A stretch of DNA of 32,000 bases. Origin: Staphylothermus marinus F1. GTDB taxonomy: Archaea > Thermoproteota > Thermoprotei_A > Sulfolobales > Desulfurococcaceae. Location of the stretch: positions 840,001 to 872,000 of the forward strand of contig NC_009033.1 of assembly GCF_000015945.1 (NCBI RefSeq), in the 5' to 3' direction. How positions within the stretch are numbered: position 1 is the stretch's first letter; every line of letters starts with the position of its first letter. Under the pieces are notes generated by a model. It was not told the origin of the DNA, did not search any database, and worked only from the letters and a program-made list of their open reading frames with translations. The position numbers were made by a program, and so were the translations under genes. Shown here in pieces: positions 1-7,448 of this stretch.

Positions 1-192
1 GTATCATTTGATCTCAGATATGATCGTAGAGAAAACAAGCTTTACCTGAGAATAAGTAAGCAGAAAGCATACGGTGGAAAAATAGTTATCCATGACTCAG
101 ACGATGTGATCAAGCTAATAATAAGATTAAAAGGATCTAGAAGACCTGAGAAAATAAAAGAATTTCTAAGAGAAATGGGGCTGATCAAGTAA
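1..192 (+). CDS. 3' end of an upstream gene (63 C-terminal codons; start lies outside the window). Product unknown; possibly the small COG1325/DUF54-type RNA-binding protein that often precedes Rpp30 in the archaeal exosome superoperon.
   Basis: Frame +1 is open from base 1 to TAA at 190-192 (...LRISKQKAYGGKIVIHDSDDVIKLIIRLKGSRRPEKIKEFLREMGLIK*) and abuts the next start at 193. It is not in the ORF track because it has no start in the window. The family guess rests on gene order only. Confidence 0.4.
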   Translation, partial: VSFDLRYDRRENKLYLRISKQKAYGGKIVIHDSDDVIKLIIRLKGSRRPEKIKEFLREMGLIK

Positions 193-810
193 TTGAAAAA
201 AATATTCATTGATCTATGGATTAAGGAGATAAATGAGGAAATAATATATTTTCTAGAAAAACTCGATTTTATAGGTGTAGCGGTAGAAGAACTTAATACT
301 AGATATAAGAAAATAGATGACCTAGTAATTGTAAAGAAAGTTGTAATATCTGCTGATAAACGCTCCGAACTTCGAAAACATCTACAAGGAATAAAGAATA
401 GAGCAGTGATTGTTTCTGTTAAACCATTAAGTGTTGAAGCTGCAAGAATGGCTGCACATGATGGGAGAGTAGACACAATAATTATTGATGAGGATTCATT
501 ATACTATATAGATAAGGCACAGATTAATATGATGAAACAATTCTCAAAACCATTAGAGTTTCCATTAAATGATTTTTTAAAAGCAAGTAGAAAGTATCAA
601 TCAATGATTTATAGAAGAATAAACTTAGCTCTTCAAAGAAACATACCGTTAATAATGTCTAGTCATGCAACAAAAGCAAGTGAGTTATTAAATCCTGTTG
701 GAGCGACATATTTATCTAAAATATTATTCAACATAAATGTTAAACAAGCCCTAATCTACTTAACATCTTATCCTCGAGAATTAATTATTGCTAATGGTGT
801 TAAAATATGA
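193..810 (+). CDS. rnp3: RNase P protein component 3 (Rpp30/Rnp3 family)
   Basis: 205-aa ORF. Its length and pattern (..VDTIIIDED.., ..NIPLIMSSHATKASELLNP..) fit the Rpp30 TIM-barrel family. It sits directly upstream of Pop5 and psmA, as in the conserved superoperon, and its TGA overlaps the next ATG (ATGA at 807-810). Confidence 0.7.
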   Translation: MKKIFIDLWIKEINEEIIYFLEKLDFIGVAVEELNTRYKKIDDLVIVKKVVISADKRSELRKHLQGIKNRAVIVSVKPLSVEAARMAAHDGRVDTIIIDEDSLYYIDKAQINMMKQFSKPLEFPLNDFLKASRKYQSMIYRRINLALQRNIPLIMSSHATKASELLNPVGATYLSKILFNINVKQALIYLTSYPRELIIANGVKI

Positions 811-1325
811 TGTTACTACTAATAATTATCGTCTTATCTATGCTTTCAACATTACTCGTTATTATAACGTATATTTTCGAGAGGAAAATGAAGAAGCTCA
901 TGCTTCGATTAAACGTGTTACAGAAAAACATTGATCTTCTAAAACTAGTTTATATAAAAAGCAAAGAAGCCATGAGTAAACCAAGTAAAATTAGGAAAAG
1001 ATACATAGTTTTCGCTATTCTATCCAGCAGTGATTTTAATATTGACAAAACAACGATAGAGAAAAGTATTCGTTTATATTGGGAAAAATTCTTTGGTAGA
1101 ATTTCCCTTGTCAAAGCAGACCCTCAGCTCATATATTTCGATCCATCTATTAAGAGAGGTGTTCTTAGAGTAGCTCATATATATAAAGATGAAGCTTTAG
1201 CTGTTCTCGGAATAATCAAAAAAATCAATAATTATAATTGTTTATTAATTCCATTAAAAACTACTGGAACGCTTAAAAAAGCAAGGAAAATCATGTATAG
1301 TCTGAGAAAAGATTTGCAGAAATAA
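807..1325 (+). CDS. rnp2: RNase P protein component 2 (Pop5/Rnp2). The conserved core starts at ATG 972 (MSKPSKIRKRYIVF...); the ORF extends 55 further codons upstream.
   Basis: The region from residue 56 onward (KIRKRYIVFAILSS...GVLRVAHIYKDEALAVLGII...TTGTLKKARK) matches the Pop5 pattern and the typical length of about 117 aa. The upstream in-frame extension is hydrophobic (see findings). The start is ambiguous between 807/810 and 972. Confidence 0.75.
   Translation: MMLLLIIIVLSMLSTLLVIITYIFERKMKKLMLRLNVLQKNIDLLKLVYIKSKEAMSKPSKIRKRYIVFAILSSSDFNIDKTTIEKSIRLYWEKFFGRISLVKADPQLIYFDPSIKRGVLRVAHIYKDEALAVLGIIKKINNYNCLLIPLKTTGTLKKARKIMYSLRKDLQK
949..956 (+). promoter_or_regulatory. TATA-like box (TTTATATA) that could drive a leaderless Pop5 transcript starting near ATG 972
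   Basis: TTTATATA is centred about 20-25 nt upstream of ATG 972, which is typical archaeal TATA-to-TSS spacing. TATA-like strings are common in AT-rich DNA, so this is weak evidence. Confidence 0.3.
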
Positions 1326-1361
1326 AAATAACTCCTTATAACGATATTAAACTATTAATAG

Positions 1362-1412
1362 ATGATGAAGCCGCTCCAAAATAGACTAGATGAAGAACTC
1401 GCGACGAACTGA
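1362..1412 (+). ncRNA. Candidate C/D-box sRNA (2'-O-methylation guide)
   Basis: The layout follows canonical archaeal geometry over 51 nt. C box ATGATGA (1362-1368); 12-nt spacer AGCCGCTCCAAA; degenerate D' (ATAG/TAGA); 5-nt loop; C' ATGAAGA (1390-1396); 12-nt spacer ACTCGCGACGAA; D box CTGA (1409-1412). The D' box is poor and the terminal stem is weak. Confidence 0.45.
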
Positions 1413-1434
1413 TAACTTTGTTGAAAAGTAATGG

Positions 1435-1442
1435 TTATAAAA
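1435..1442 (+). promoter_or_regulatory. TATA box for tRNA-Leu
   Basis: TTATAAAA lies 27-34 nt upstream of the tRNA 5' end at 1469. Confidence 0.4.
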
Positions 1443-1468
1443 CAGTCTTGTCTCAAAAAATAAATGGT

Positions 1469-1590
1469 GCGGGGGTGCCCGAGCCTGGTCAAAGGGGGCG
1501 GACTTAAGACCGGCGGGACAATATATTAACCGCCGAGGGGAGATCCGCTGGCGTAGGCCTGCGTGGGTTCAAATCCCACCCCCCGCACCA
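1469..1590 (+). tRNA. tRNA-Leu(UAA) with a 34-nt intron at the canonical 37/38 position (1509-1542); CCA is genome-encoded (1588-1590)
   Basis: Cloverleaf folded by hand. Acceptor GCGGGGG/CCCCCGC. Anticodon stem GCGGA/TCCGC with loop CTTAAG|intron|A. Long variable arm (TGGCGTAGGCCTGCGTG). T arm GGGTTCAAATCCC. The segment is GC-rich against AT-rich flanks. Confidence 0.9.
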
Positions 1591-1624
1591 CCTTATTTTA
1601 AAATAGAAGAGCTTCTAACTAATT

Positions 1625-1692
1625 CACATTCAGATAACTAGTTGTCATCATCCCTTATGATGGGTCATGGGTCGGACTCTTCATCATACATG
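1625..1692 (-). ncRNA. Candidate C/D-box sRNA on the minus strand, between tRNA-Leu and psmA
   Basis: Minus-strand reading. C box ATGATGA (comp. 1681-1687); 12 nt AGAGTCCGACCC; D'-like ATGA. C' ATGATGA (comp. 1645-1651); 11 nt CAACTAGTTAT; D box CTGA (comp. 1630-1633). The flanks CATGT/ATGTG can form a 5-bp terminal stem that includes two G-U pairs. The D'-C' loop is longer than usual. Confidence 0.45.
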
Positions 1693-1780
1693 GGGTTAAT
1701 CATGTTTCTCAAATAATCTTATTATTCCCTATTGATTATACGGTTATTAGTGGTTATATGATGTTTTATGGTGGTAAATA

Positions 1781-2527
1781 ATGGGTCTCGGTATATCGCC
1801 TGCTACCGCATATGACAGAGCAATCACTATATTTTCGCCGGACGGAAGAATTTACCAGGTTGAATATGCTTTCGAATCAGTGAGAAGAGGATGGACTACT
1901 CTAGGTGTTAAGAGTCGTGAGGGCGCTGTTGTAGTTGTTGAGAAACGTAAGATTTCTCCACTAATCGATGATAAAGCTATACAGAAGATATTCAAGATAG
2001 ATAAGCATATAGGTGCTAGCTTTGCAGGAATAGCTAGTGATGGTAGAGTATTAGTTGATTATGCTCGTCAAGTAGCATTGCTTCACAGATTCTACTATGA
2101 TGAAAGAATAACTGTCGAATATCTAGCTAAGCAAGTATGTGATATAAAACAAGCATATACACAACATGCTGGTGTAAGACCTTTTGGAGTAGCTATTATA
2201 TTTGTCGGCGTTGACGATAAAGGGTCACAGCTATACATGACAGAGCCTAGTGGTAGGTATCTAAGCTACTACGCAGTAGCTATCGGAGAGAAAAGCAGTA
2301 GTGCAACAGAATTTCTGGAGAAGAATTATAAATATGACGTATCTATACATGACACAATAAAGCTGGGAATACTAACTATAGCAAATGTTATTGAGGGAAA
2401 AGTATCCCATGAAAATATTGAGGCAGGATATGTTGATATAGAAAAACAAGAATTTAGAATAATGACACCCGAAGAAATAAATAAGTATCTCGAAGAATTA
2501 AGGAGTGAAGGCAAAATAAAAGAGTAA
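1781..2527 (+). CDS. psmA: Proteasome subunit alpha
   Basis: 248 aa with the signature N-terminus YDRAITIFSPDGRIYQVEYA and a 20S alpha-subunit pattern throughout. Confidence 0.95.
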   Translation: MGLGISPATAYDRAITIFSPDGRIYQVEYAFESVRRGWTTLGVKSREGAVVVVEKRKISPLIDDKAIQKIFKIDKHIGASFAGIASDGRVLVDYARQVALLHRFYYDERITVEYLAKQVCDIKQAYTQHAGVRPFGVAIIFVGVDDKGSQLYMTEPSGRYLSYYAVAIGEKSSSATEFLEKNYKYDVSIHDTIKLGILTIANVIEGKVSHENIEAGYVDIEKQEFRIMTPEEINKYLEELRSEGKIKE

Positions 2528-2622
2528 ACTCATCTAAAAATTTTATACAATAAACAAAAGACTATTTAGAACTATTTACAAGGAGACATAAATTTTTCTA
2601 GAATGATAAATTATAATAAACG

Positions 2623-3327
2623 GTGAGTGTTTTGCCTGAAAAACATGTTATTGCAAGATACGAAGCAAAAGGTCATAGGTTTGAGATTCTGGTAAATCCT
2701 GATCTTGCTCTTAAGGTTAAGGAGGGAAAAACTGTAAATATTGATGAATTATTAGTTGGGGATTATGTCTATAAAGATGCTAGGAAAGGATTAAAGGCTT
2801 CTCCGGAAAGCTTAAAAGCCGTTTTTGGCACGGATGATATAAAGAAGGTTGCCTTAGAGATCATTAAACGTGGAGAAATTCATTTAACAGCTGAACAGAG
2901 AAGGAAAATTATTGAAAATAAGAGGAGACAAATTATTAGTTTAATCGCTAGAAATGCCATCGATCCTAAGACTAAGCTTCCAATACCTCCTAAGCGGATA
3001 GAACTTGCAATGGAACAAGCTAGAGTATCGATTGATCCTTTTAAAAGTCCAGAATCACAAGTTGAGGAGATAGTTTCTAAAATTGCGAGAATAATACCTA
3101 TAAAGATCGCTAAAGCATATATTGCAGTAAAAGTCCCGCCTCAATTTAGTGGGAAGGCATATAAAGTTTTAAGTAGTATTGGAGAGATAAAGAAAAGCAA
3201 TTGGTTAAGTGACGGAAGCCTACTAGTTGAAATCGAGATCCCTGCTGGGATGCAGGAAGAATTCATTGAAAGAATCAATAAATTGACACACGGATCTGCG
3301 AATATAAAAGTGTTATATGTGAGGTGA
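2623..3327 (+). CDS. sdo1: SBDS-family ribosome maturation protein (SDO1 homologue)
   Basis: 234 aa with ARYEAKGHRFEILVNP... typical of the SBDS N-domain, at the conserved superoperon position. GTG start at 2623; an in-frame TTG at 2632 preceded by GGTGA is an alternative. Confidence 0.9.
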   Translation: MSVLPEKHVIARYEAKGHRFEILVNPDLALKVKEGKTVNIDELLVGDYVYKDARKGLKASPESLKAVFGTDDIKKVALEIIKRGEIHLTAEQRRKIIENKRRQIISLIARNAIDPKTKLPIPPKRIELAMEQARVSIDPFKSPESQVEEIVSKIARIIPIKIAKAYIAVKVPPQFSGKAYKVLSSIGEIKKSNWLSDGSLLVEIEIPAGMQEEFIERINKLTHGSANIKVLYVR

Positions 3328-3331
3328 ACTA

Positions 3332-4057
3332 GTGATGGATATAAAAATACTCGTTGCAGATCGACAGATAGTGAGGCCTGGCGACGTACTCGCTATAATT
3401 GAGAATAGTGGAGAAGTTACTCCTAAATACCTACCCGAAAAACATATTTATATAGCAGGAAACAGGATCTACTCAGATGTTCTCGGAATAGCGTCAATAA
3501 CGGATAAGACTGTTTCAGTAATTCCACTTGAAGGTGTTTACTTTCCTAAAAAAGACGATTTAGTAATAGGACTTATTACCGGGGTAGGTATAACAAATTG
3601 GATAGTAGATATACGAGCACCATATAAAGCCATACTTAACGGTTCAGAAGTTATTGAGGGATTCAATCCAATCATACATAATCTTAGAGATTACCTGGAT
3701 ATAGGCGAATATATTGTGGCAAAAATAGCTGTGTTTGATAGGACAAGAGATCCCGTCTTAACAGTTAAAGGTAAAGGTCTAGGCAAAATCACTGAGGGGA
3801 CAGTGATAGAGGTTAAACCAAGCCGTGTCCCAAGAATAATAGGTAAGAAAGGAAGTATGCTGAATCTATTAACAAGTAAGACTGGATGCAATATTATTGT
3901 TGCACAAAACGGTATGGTATGGGCTAGATGCCCAAATAATCATCGCTTAAATATTCTTATCCAAGCCCTAAAAATCATAGAGGATAAAGTTCATATGCGT
4001 GGATTAACCGAGGAAATAAGGCTTTTCCTAGATAAATCTCTTGGAGGAGAGGGATGA
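3332..4057 (+). CDS. rrp4: Exosome complex RNA-binding subunit Rrp4 (S1 + KH domains)
   Basis: 241 aa with an S1-like segment ([28 protein letters not shown]) and a KH motif ([12 protein letters not shown]). It lies immediately upstream of rrp41-rrp42. The start is either GTG 3332 or ATG 3335. Confidence 0.85.
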   Translation: MMDIKILVADRQIVRPGDVLAIIENSGEVTPKYLPEKHIYIAGNRIYSDVLGIASITDKTVSVIPLEGVYFPKKDDLVIGLITGVGITNWIVDIRAPYKAILNGSEVIEGFNPIIHNLRDYLDIGEYIVAKIAVFDRTRDPVLTVKGKGLGKITEGTVIEVKPSRVPRIIGKKGSMLNLLTSKTGCNIIVAQNGMVWARCPNNHRLNILIQALKIIEDKVHMRGLTEEIRLFLDKSLGGEG

Positions 4058-4784
4058 AAAATTGGAGAAACCCATTCTTATAAGAGAAGATGGATTAAGA
4101 CATGATGGTCGAAAACCAAATGAATTAAGACCCATAAAAATGGATGTAGGAGTTTTAAAAAATGCTGATGGATCGGCATATGTAGAGTATGGTGGAACAA
4201 AAGTTATAGCTGCAGTTTATGGTCCTCGCGAAGTTTACCCTAGACATCTAGCATTACCTGATAGAGCATTGATAAGATGTAGGTATCATATGGCACCATT
4301 CTCTACTAGTGATAGAAAAAGCCCTGCGCCGTCTCGTCGAGAAATAGAATTATCAAAAGTAATAAGAGAAGCACTAGAGTCACTAGTCTTCTCCGAACTA
4401 TATCCTAGAACAACAATTGATGTGTTTATCGAAGTATTACAAGCCGATGGCGGAACCAGAACCACCGGATTAACAGCTGCATCACTAGCTTTAGCAGATG
4501 CAGGTATACCTATGAGAGATTTAGTTGCCGGTGTCGCCGTTGGGAAAGTAGATGGAGTACTTGTTCTAGATATTGATGAAGTAGAAGATGAATATGGTGA
4601 AGCCGATATGCCAATAGGATACGCTGCCGGCATAGATGAAATAGTACTATTACAGCTTAACGGCGTATTAACTGTTGAGGAGTTCAGAGAAGCCTTAAAT
4701 CTAGCTAAATGGGGCGCTGAACAAATCTATAAGACCATGAAGGAAACTCTTCATAAAAAATATTTAAAAGCACTCGAAGAATAA
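4041..4784 (+). CDS. rrp41: Exosome complex exonuclease Rrp41 (RNase PH domain)
   Basis: 247 aa with [43 protein letters not shown], an RNase PH signature. The TTG start overlaps the rrp4 end by 17 nt. Confidence 0.9.
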   Translation: MEERDEKLEKPILIREDGLRHDGRKPNELRPIKMDVGVLKNADGSAYVEYGGTKVIAAVYGPREVYPRHLALPDRALIRCRYHMAPFSTSDRKSPAPSRREIELSKVIREALESLVFSELYPRTTIDVFIEVLQADGGTRTTGLTAASLALADAGIPMRDLVAGVAVGKVDGVLVLDIDEVEDEYGEADMPIGYAAGIDEIVLLQLNGVLTVEEFREALNLAKWGAEQIYKTMKETLHKKYLKALEE

Positions 4785-4795
4785 GGTGTTAAACC

Positions 4796-5653
4796 ATGTC
4801 CTTAACTCCAACCAGACAACCAATTGTTCCCAAGATAAAACATGAAACAATTAAGAAACTTTTGAAGCAAGGAGAAAGAATTGATGGTAGAAAACTAGAT
4901 GAGTATAGACCTATAGAAGTATTCTTGAACCCTATACCTAAAGCCGAGGGGAGCGCTGCTGTTAAACTTGGCAACACATTTGTTATTACTGGTGTAAAGC
5001 TAGAAATAGGAACGCCCTACAGTGATAGACCAAACGAGGGTGTTTTACAGGTACATGCTGAGTTTGTCCCACTAGCTTCGCCGACTTTTGAACCAGGCCC
5101 TCCAGATGAGAACGCTATTGAAACTGCTAGAGTAATAGATAGGAGTCTGAGAGAACCTAGAGCTATTAGACTTGAAGACTTAGTTGTCATTCCAGGTAAG
5201 AAGGTATGGCTGATATTTAATGACTTATACTTAATCGATCACTACGGAAACATAGTTGATACAGGAATGTTATCAACAATGCTAGCACTAAACATGACTA
5301 AGATACCGAGAATTGTCAGTATAGAGGATGAAAATGTAGTAATTGATAAAACCGTGAAGGAAGCGCCGTTGCCACTAAATCTAAATGTTGTAACTGTTAC
5401 ACTAGGTATTATTGATGATGTAATAATAGTTGATCCAAACATTGAGGAAGAACTAGTTGTTGATTCAAGAATAACGTTTGCAGTCGATGAAACAAATAGG
5501 ATTGTTGGTATACAGAAAATGGGGATGAAAGGTATAAAACCAAAAATGATTGATCAATTAGTAGATATTGCATTGAAAAAAGCATCTGAACTACATAGTT
5601 TATTAAGGGAAGTATTAAATAATCCAGATACCTACATAAAAACTCTAGTCTAG
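4796..5653 (+). CDS. rrp42: Exosome complex subunit Rrp42 (RNase PH-like)
   Basis: 285 aa with RIDGRKLDEYRPIEV...EGSAAVKLGNTFVITGVKLEIG. It is the second RNase PH paralogue following rrp41. GGTG lies upstream of the ATG. Confidence 0.9.
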   Translation: MSLTPTRQPIVPKIKHETIKKLLKQGERIDGRKLDEYRPIEVFLNPIPKAEGSAAVKLGNTFVITGVKLEIGTPYSDRPNEGVLQVHAEFVPLASPTFEPGPPDENAIETARVIDRSLREPRAIRLEDLVVIPGKKVWLIFNDLYLIDHYGNIVDTGMLSTMLALNMTKIPRIVSIEDENVVIDKTVKEAPLPLNLNVVTVTLGIIDDVIIVDPNIEEELVVDSRITFAVDETNRIVGIQKMGMKGIKPKMIDQLVDIALKKASELHSLLREVLNNPDTYIKTLV

Positions 5654-5690
5654 AATAAATGCTTACGCGATAAAGAGGTGAAGAATAGAA

Positions 5691-5954
5691 ATGGCTAGAA
5701 GAACTAAAGCTGTCGGAATAGCTGGAAGATATGGTGCAAGATACGGTTCTACCCTGCGTAAAAAAGTAAGAGATATATTGGAGAAAAGATACGCTCCCCA
5801 TACATGTCCATTCTGTGGAGCAAAAGGAACAGTGAAAAGGCTAAGTACAGGTATATGGTATTGTAGAAAATGCGGCAATAAATGGGCTGGAGGAGCATAT
5901 GTTCCCAGAACAGAGCTCAGCAGATATTTTGGAAAATACATTATCCGCGAGTGA
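5691..5954 (+). CDS. rpl37ae: Ribosomal protein L37Ae (eL43), zinc ribbon
   Basis: 87 aa: MARRTKAVGIAGRYGARYG...CPFCG...CRKCG. GAGGTGA Shine-Dalgarno upstream. Confidence 0.95.
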   Translation: MARRTKAVGIAGRYGARYGSTLRKKVRDILEKRYAPHTCPFCGAKGTVKRLSTGIWYCRKCGNKWAGGAYVPRTELSRYFGKYIIRE

Positions 5955-5974
5955 TCCTTAATCGATGATTTCAT

Positions 5975-6517
5975 ATGCCAGGCGTTTTAATAACTACTTC
6001 ACATAAACCTAGCCAAAGAACACGTTCTTTTATAAAAGACTTAGCAAATACTCTGCCTTTTTCCAAACATGTAAACAGAGGAAAGAAAACTATTGAAGAA
6101 CTAGGCCTTGAAGCATATAGAGATAAAAAACAATATATATTCATTGTTGGAGAGAGAAAAGGGAATCCGTCAATAATTAAAATTTATAGAGTTTATTTAG
6201 ATGAAAAGCCTCCTAAAACAAAGCATGTAGCGACAATTATTATTAAAGGAGTGAATCTTACGAGAGAAAACCCTGATGCATCTAGAGCATATAATCCAGA
6301 GACAATAACAATAGACTATAATGCGTGCATAAAAGATGAATGTTATAAGCTAGCAGACATTCTCATAAAAATATTCCATGAAACAATAAGTGATAAAGCG
6401 GATGTTATAATCAAGCTAGAAGAAACAAAGAAGTTCATCATCATCAAACCTTTAAATAGACTAGGTAAACCATGCGGACCCATAATACGTGTAATTGGTG
6501 TAAAAATACATGTTTAA
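5975..6517 (+). CDS. Brix-domain ribosome biogenesis protein (Imp4 superfamily)
   Basis: 180 aa with N-terminal LITTSHKPSQRTRSFIKDLANTLP, typical of archaeal Brix proteins, at the conserved superoperon position. Confidence 0.8.
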   Translation: MPGVLITTSHKPSQRTRSFIKDLANTLPFSKHVNRGKKTIEELGLEAYRDKKQYIFIVGERKGNPSIIKIYRVYLDEKPPKTKHVATIIIKGVNLTRENPDASRAYNPETITIDYNACIKDECYKLADILIKIFHETISDKADVIIKLEETKKFIIIKPLNRLGKPCGPIIRVIGVKIHV

Positions 6518-6767
6518 GAAAGCTATTCTGGAACTAGTTATTTCTGACAAGAATGAAAAACTAGTAAATGCGATATATAATGCATTAGATCCCGAAACAA
6601 AGACTCCTTCTCCAGGTTGCATAATAGAGTTGTCAAAGGAGAACTTAACAAAACTAATACTTATAATTAAGTGTAGTAGAATAAACATGCTAAGAGCACT
6701 ACATAATAGTTTTTTAAGCACTATTTCAATGCTATTACACGTATATAACGAGGTGATTAAAGCATGA
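6510..6767 (+). CDS. pcc1: KEOPS complex subunit Pcc1 (CTAG/Pcc1 family)
   Basis: 85 aa with a pattern that fits Pcc1: ...AIYNALDPE... and ...MLRALHNSFLSTISMLLHVYNEV. It sits at the Brix-Pcc1-prefoldin beta position. It overlaps both neighbours (8 nt and ATGA). Confidence 0.65.
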   Translation: MFKKAILELVISDKNEKLVNAIYNALDPETKTPSPGCIIELSKENLTKLILIIKCSRINMLRALHNSFLSTISMLLHVYNEVIKA

Positions 6768-7129
6768 GTCAACAGAGACTCCCACCAGAAGTACAACAAA
6801 CCCTAACACAATATCAAGCTTTAAGAGAAAACTATGCAAAACTTGATGCAGAGCTTAAACTAGTTGAGGCAGAACTAGCAGATATAGATCATATTCTTGA
6901 TACACTTAAAACAATGGAGCAGGAAACAGATATATATAAAATGGTTGGTCATGTACTCGTTAAGAAACCTAGAGATGAAATAATAAAGGAACTAGAAGAA
7001 CGCAAAGAAATACTGGGAATAAAGAAGGATAAATATAAGAAACAACTTGAAATCCTAGAAAAACAGATAAGTGACCTCGAGAAAAGACTTAGAGAACTCC
7101 TAGCAAAATATGGGATAACAGTTGCGTAA
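6764..7129 (+). CDS. pfdB: Prefoldin subunit beta
   Basis: 121-aa coiled-coil protein: LPPEVQQTLTQYQALRE...IYKMVGHVLVKKPRDEIIKELEERKE. AGGTGA lies upstream of the ATG. Confidence 0.9.
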   Translation: MSQQRLPPEVQQTLTQYQALRENYAKLDAELKLVEAELADIDHILDTLKTMEQETDIYKMVGHVLVKKPRDEIIKELEERKEILGIKKDKYKKQLEILEKQISDLEKRLRELLAKYGITVA

Positions 7130-7448
7130 AACACGTATCAAAATATTAAACCTTAACCTAGAAGAAATTAAGCTGGATGATTTGACAAATATAACCGAAC
7201 ATGTGGAAAAGCATATAAGAGAGTATCTAGAACAAGTTCTTCCACCTAAAAGCGAATACGATATAATAGTAAAAGCTGTGCATGAAGGAGACAAGATTAC
7301 TTTATTCCTAGACATAGGTGTTAAGGCTGGATACACAGATATTATGAACTACAATAAAATCCTGGGGGACACCATAAATGAAGCTAGAAGAATTTTTGAA
7401 AGAGAACTTAAAAAATATAAACAAGCTGAGAAGGTTTCTACTCAGTAA
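7122..7448 (+). CDS. Small conserved archaeal protein of unknown function (possibly DUF3194-like superoperon member)
   Basis: 108-aa ORF with a TTG start overlapping the pfdB stop. Its charged composition resembles the neighbouring genes. The family assignment comes only from recollected gene order. Confidence 0.4.
   Translation: MRKTRIKILNLNLEEIKLDDLTNITEHVEKHIREYLEQVLPPKSEYDIIVKAVHEGDKITLFLDIGVKAGYTDIMNYNKILGDTINEARRIFERELKKYKQAEKVSTQ

Noticed and set aside
42-476. 144-aa minus-strand ORF
   Set aside because: It is Ser/Ile/Leu-rich and low-complexity, and lies antisense to the gene end at 1-192 and to the Rpp30 gene. It has the typical shadow-ORF composition and no motif.
1494-1505. Partial complementarity (10 of 12 pairs including one G-U) between the first guide of C/D candidate 2 and the D-stem/anticodon-stem of the adjacent tRNA-Leu
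   Set aside because: An internal A-G mismatch sits next to the predicted modification site. The implied target, C28 in the anticodon stem, is not a position I know to be 2'-O-methylated. It is probably coincidence, and an rRNA target is more likely.
1591-1780. Search for split or permuted tRNA halves, which are known in some Desulfurococcales, here and in the other intergenic GC-rich patches
   Set aside because: No orphan acceptor/D-arm or T-arm (GGTTCAAATCC-type) sequences occur outside the three complete tRNA genes.
5409-5974. Two minus-strand ORFs (130 and 103 aa) opposite rrp42 and rpl37ae
   Set aside because: They are antisense to strongly supported conserved genes, with Ser/Leu-rich shadow composition.
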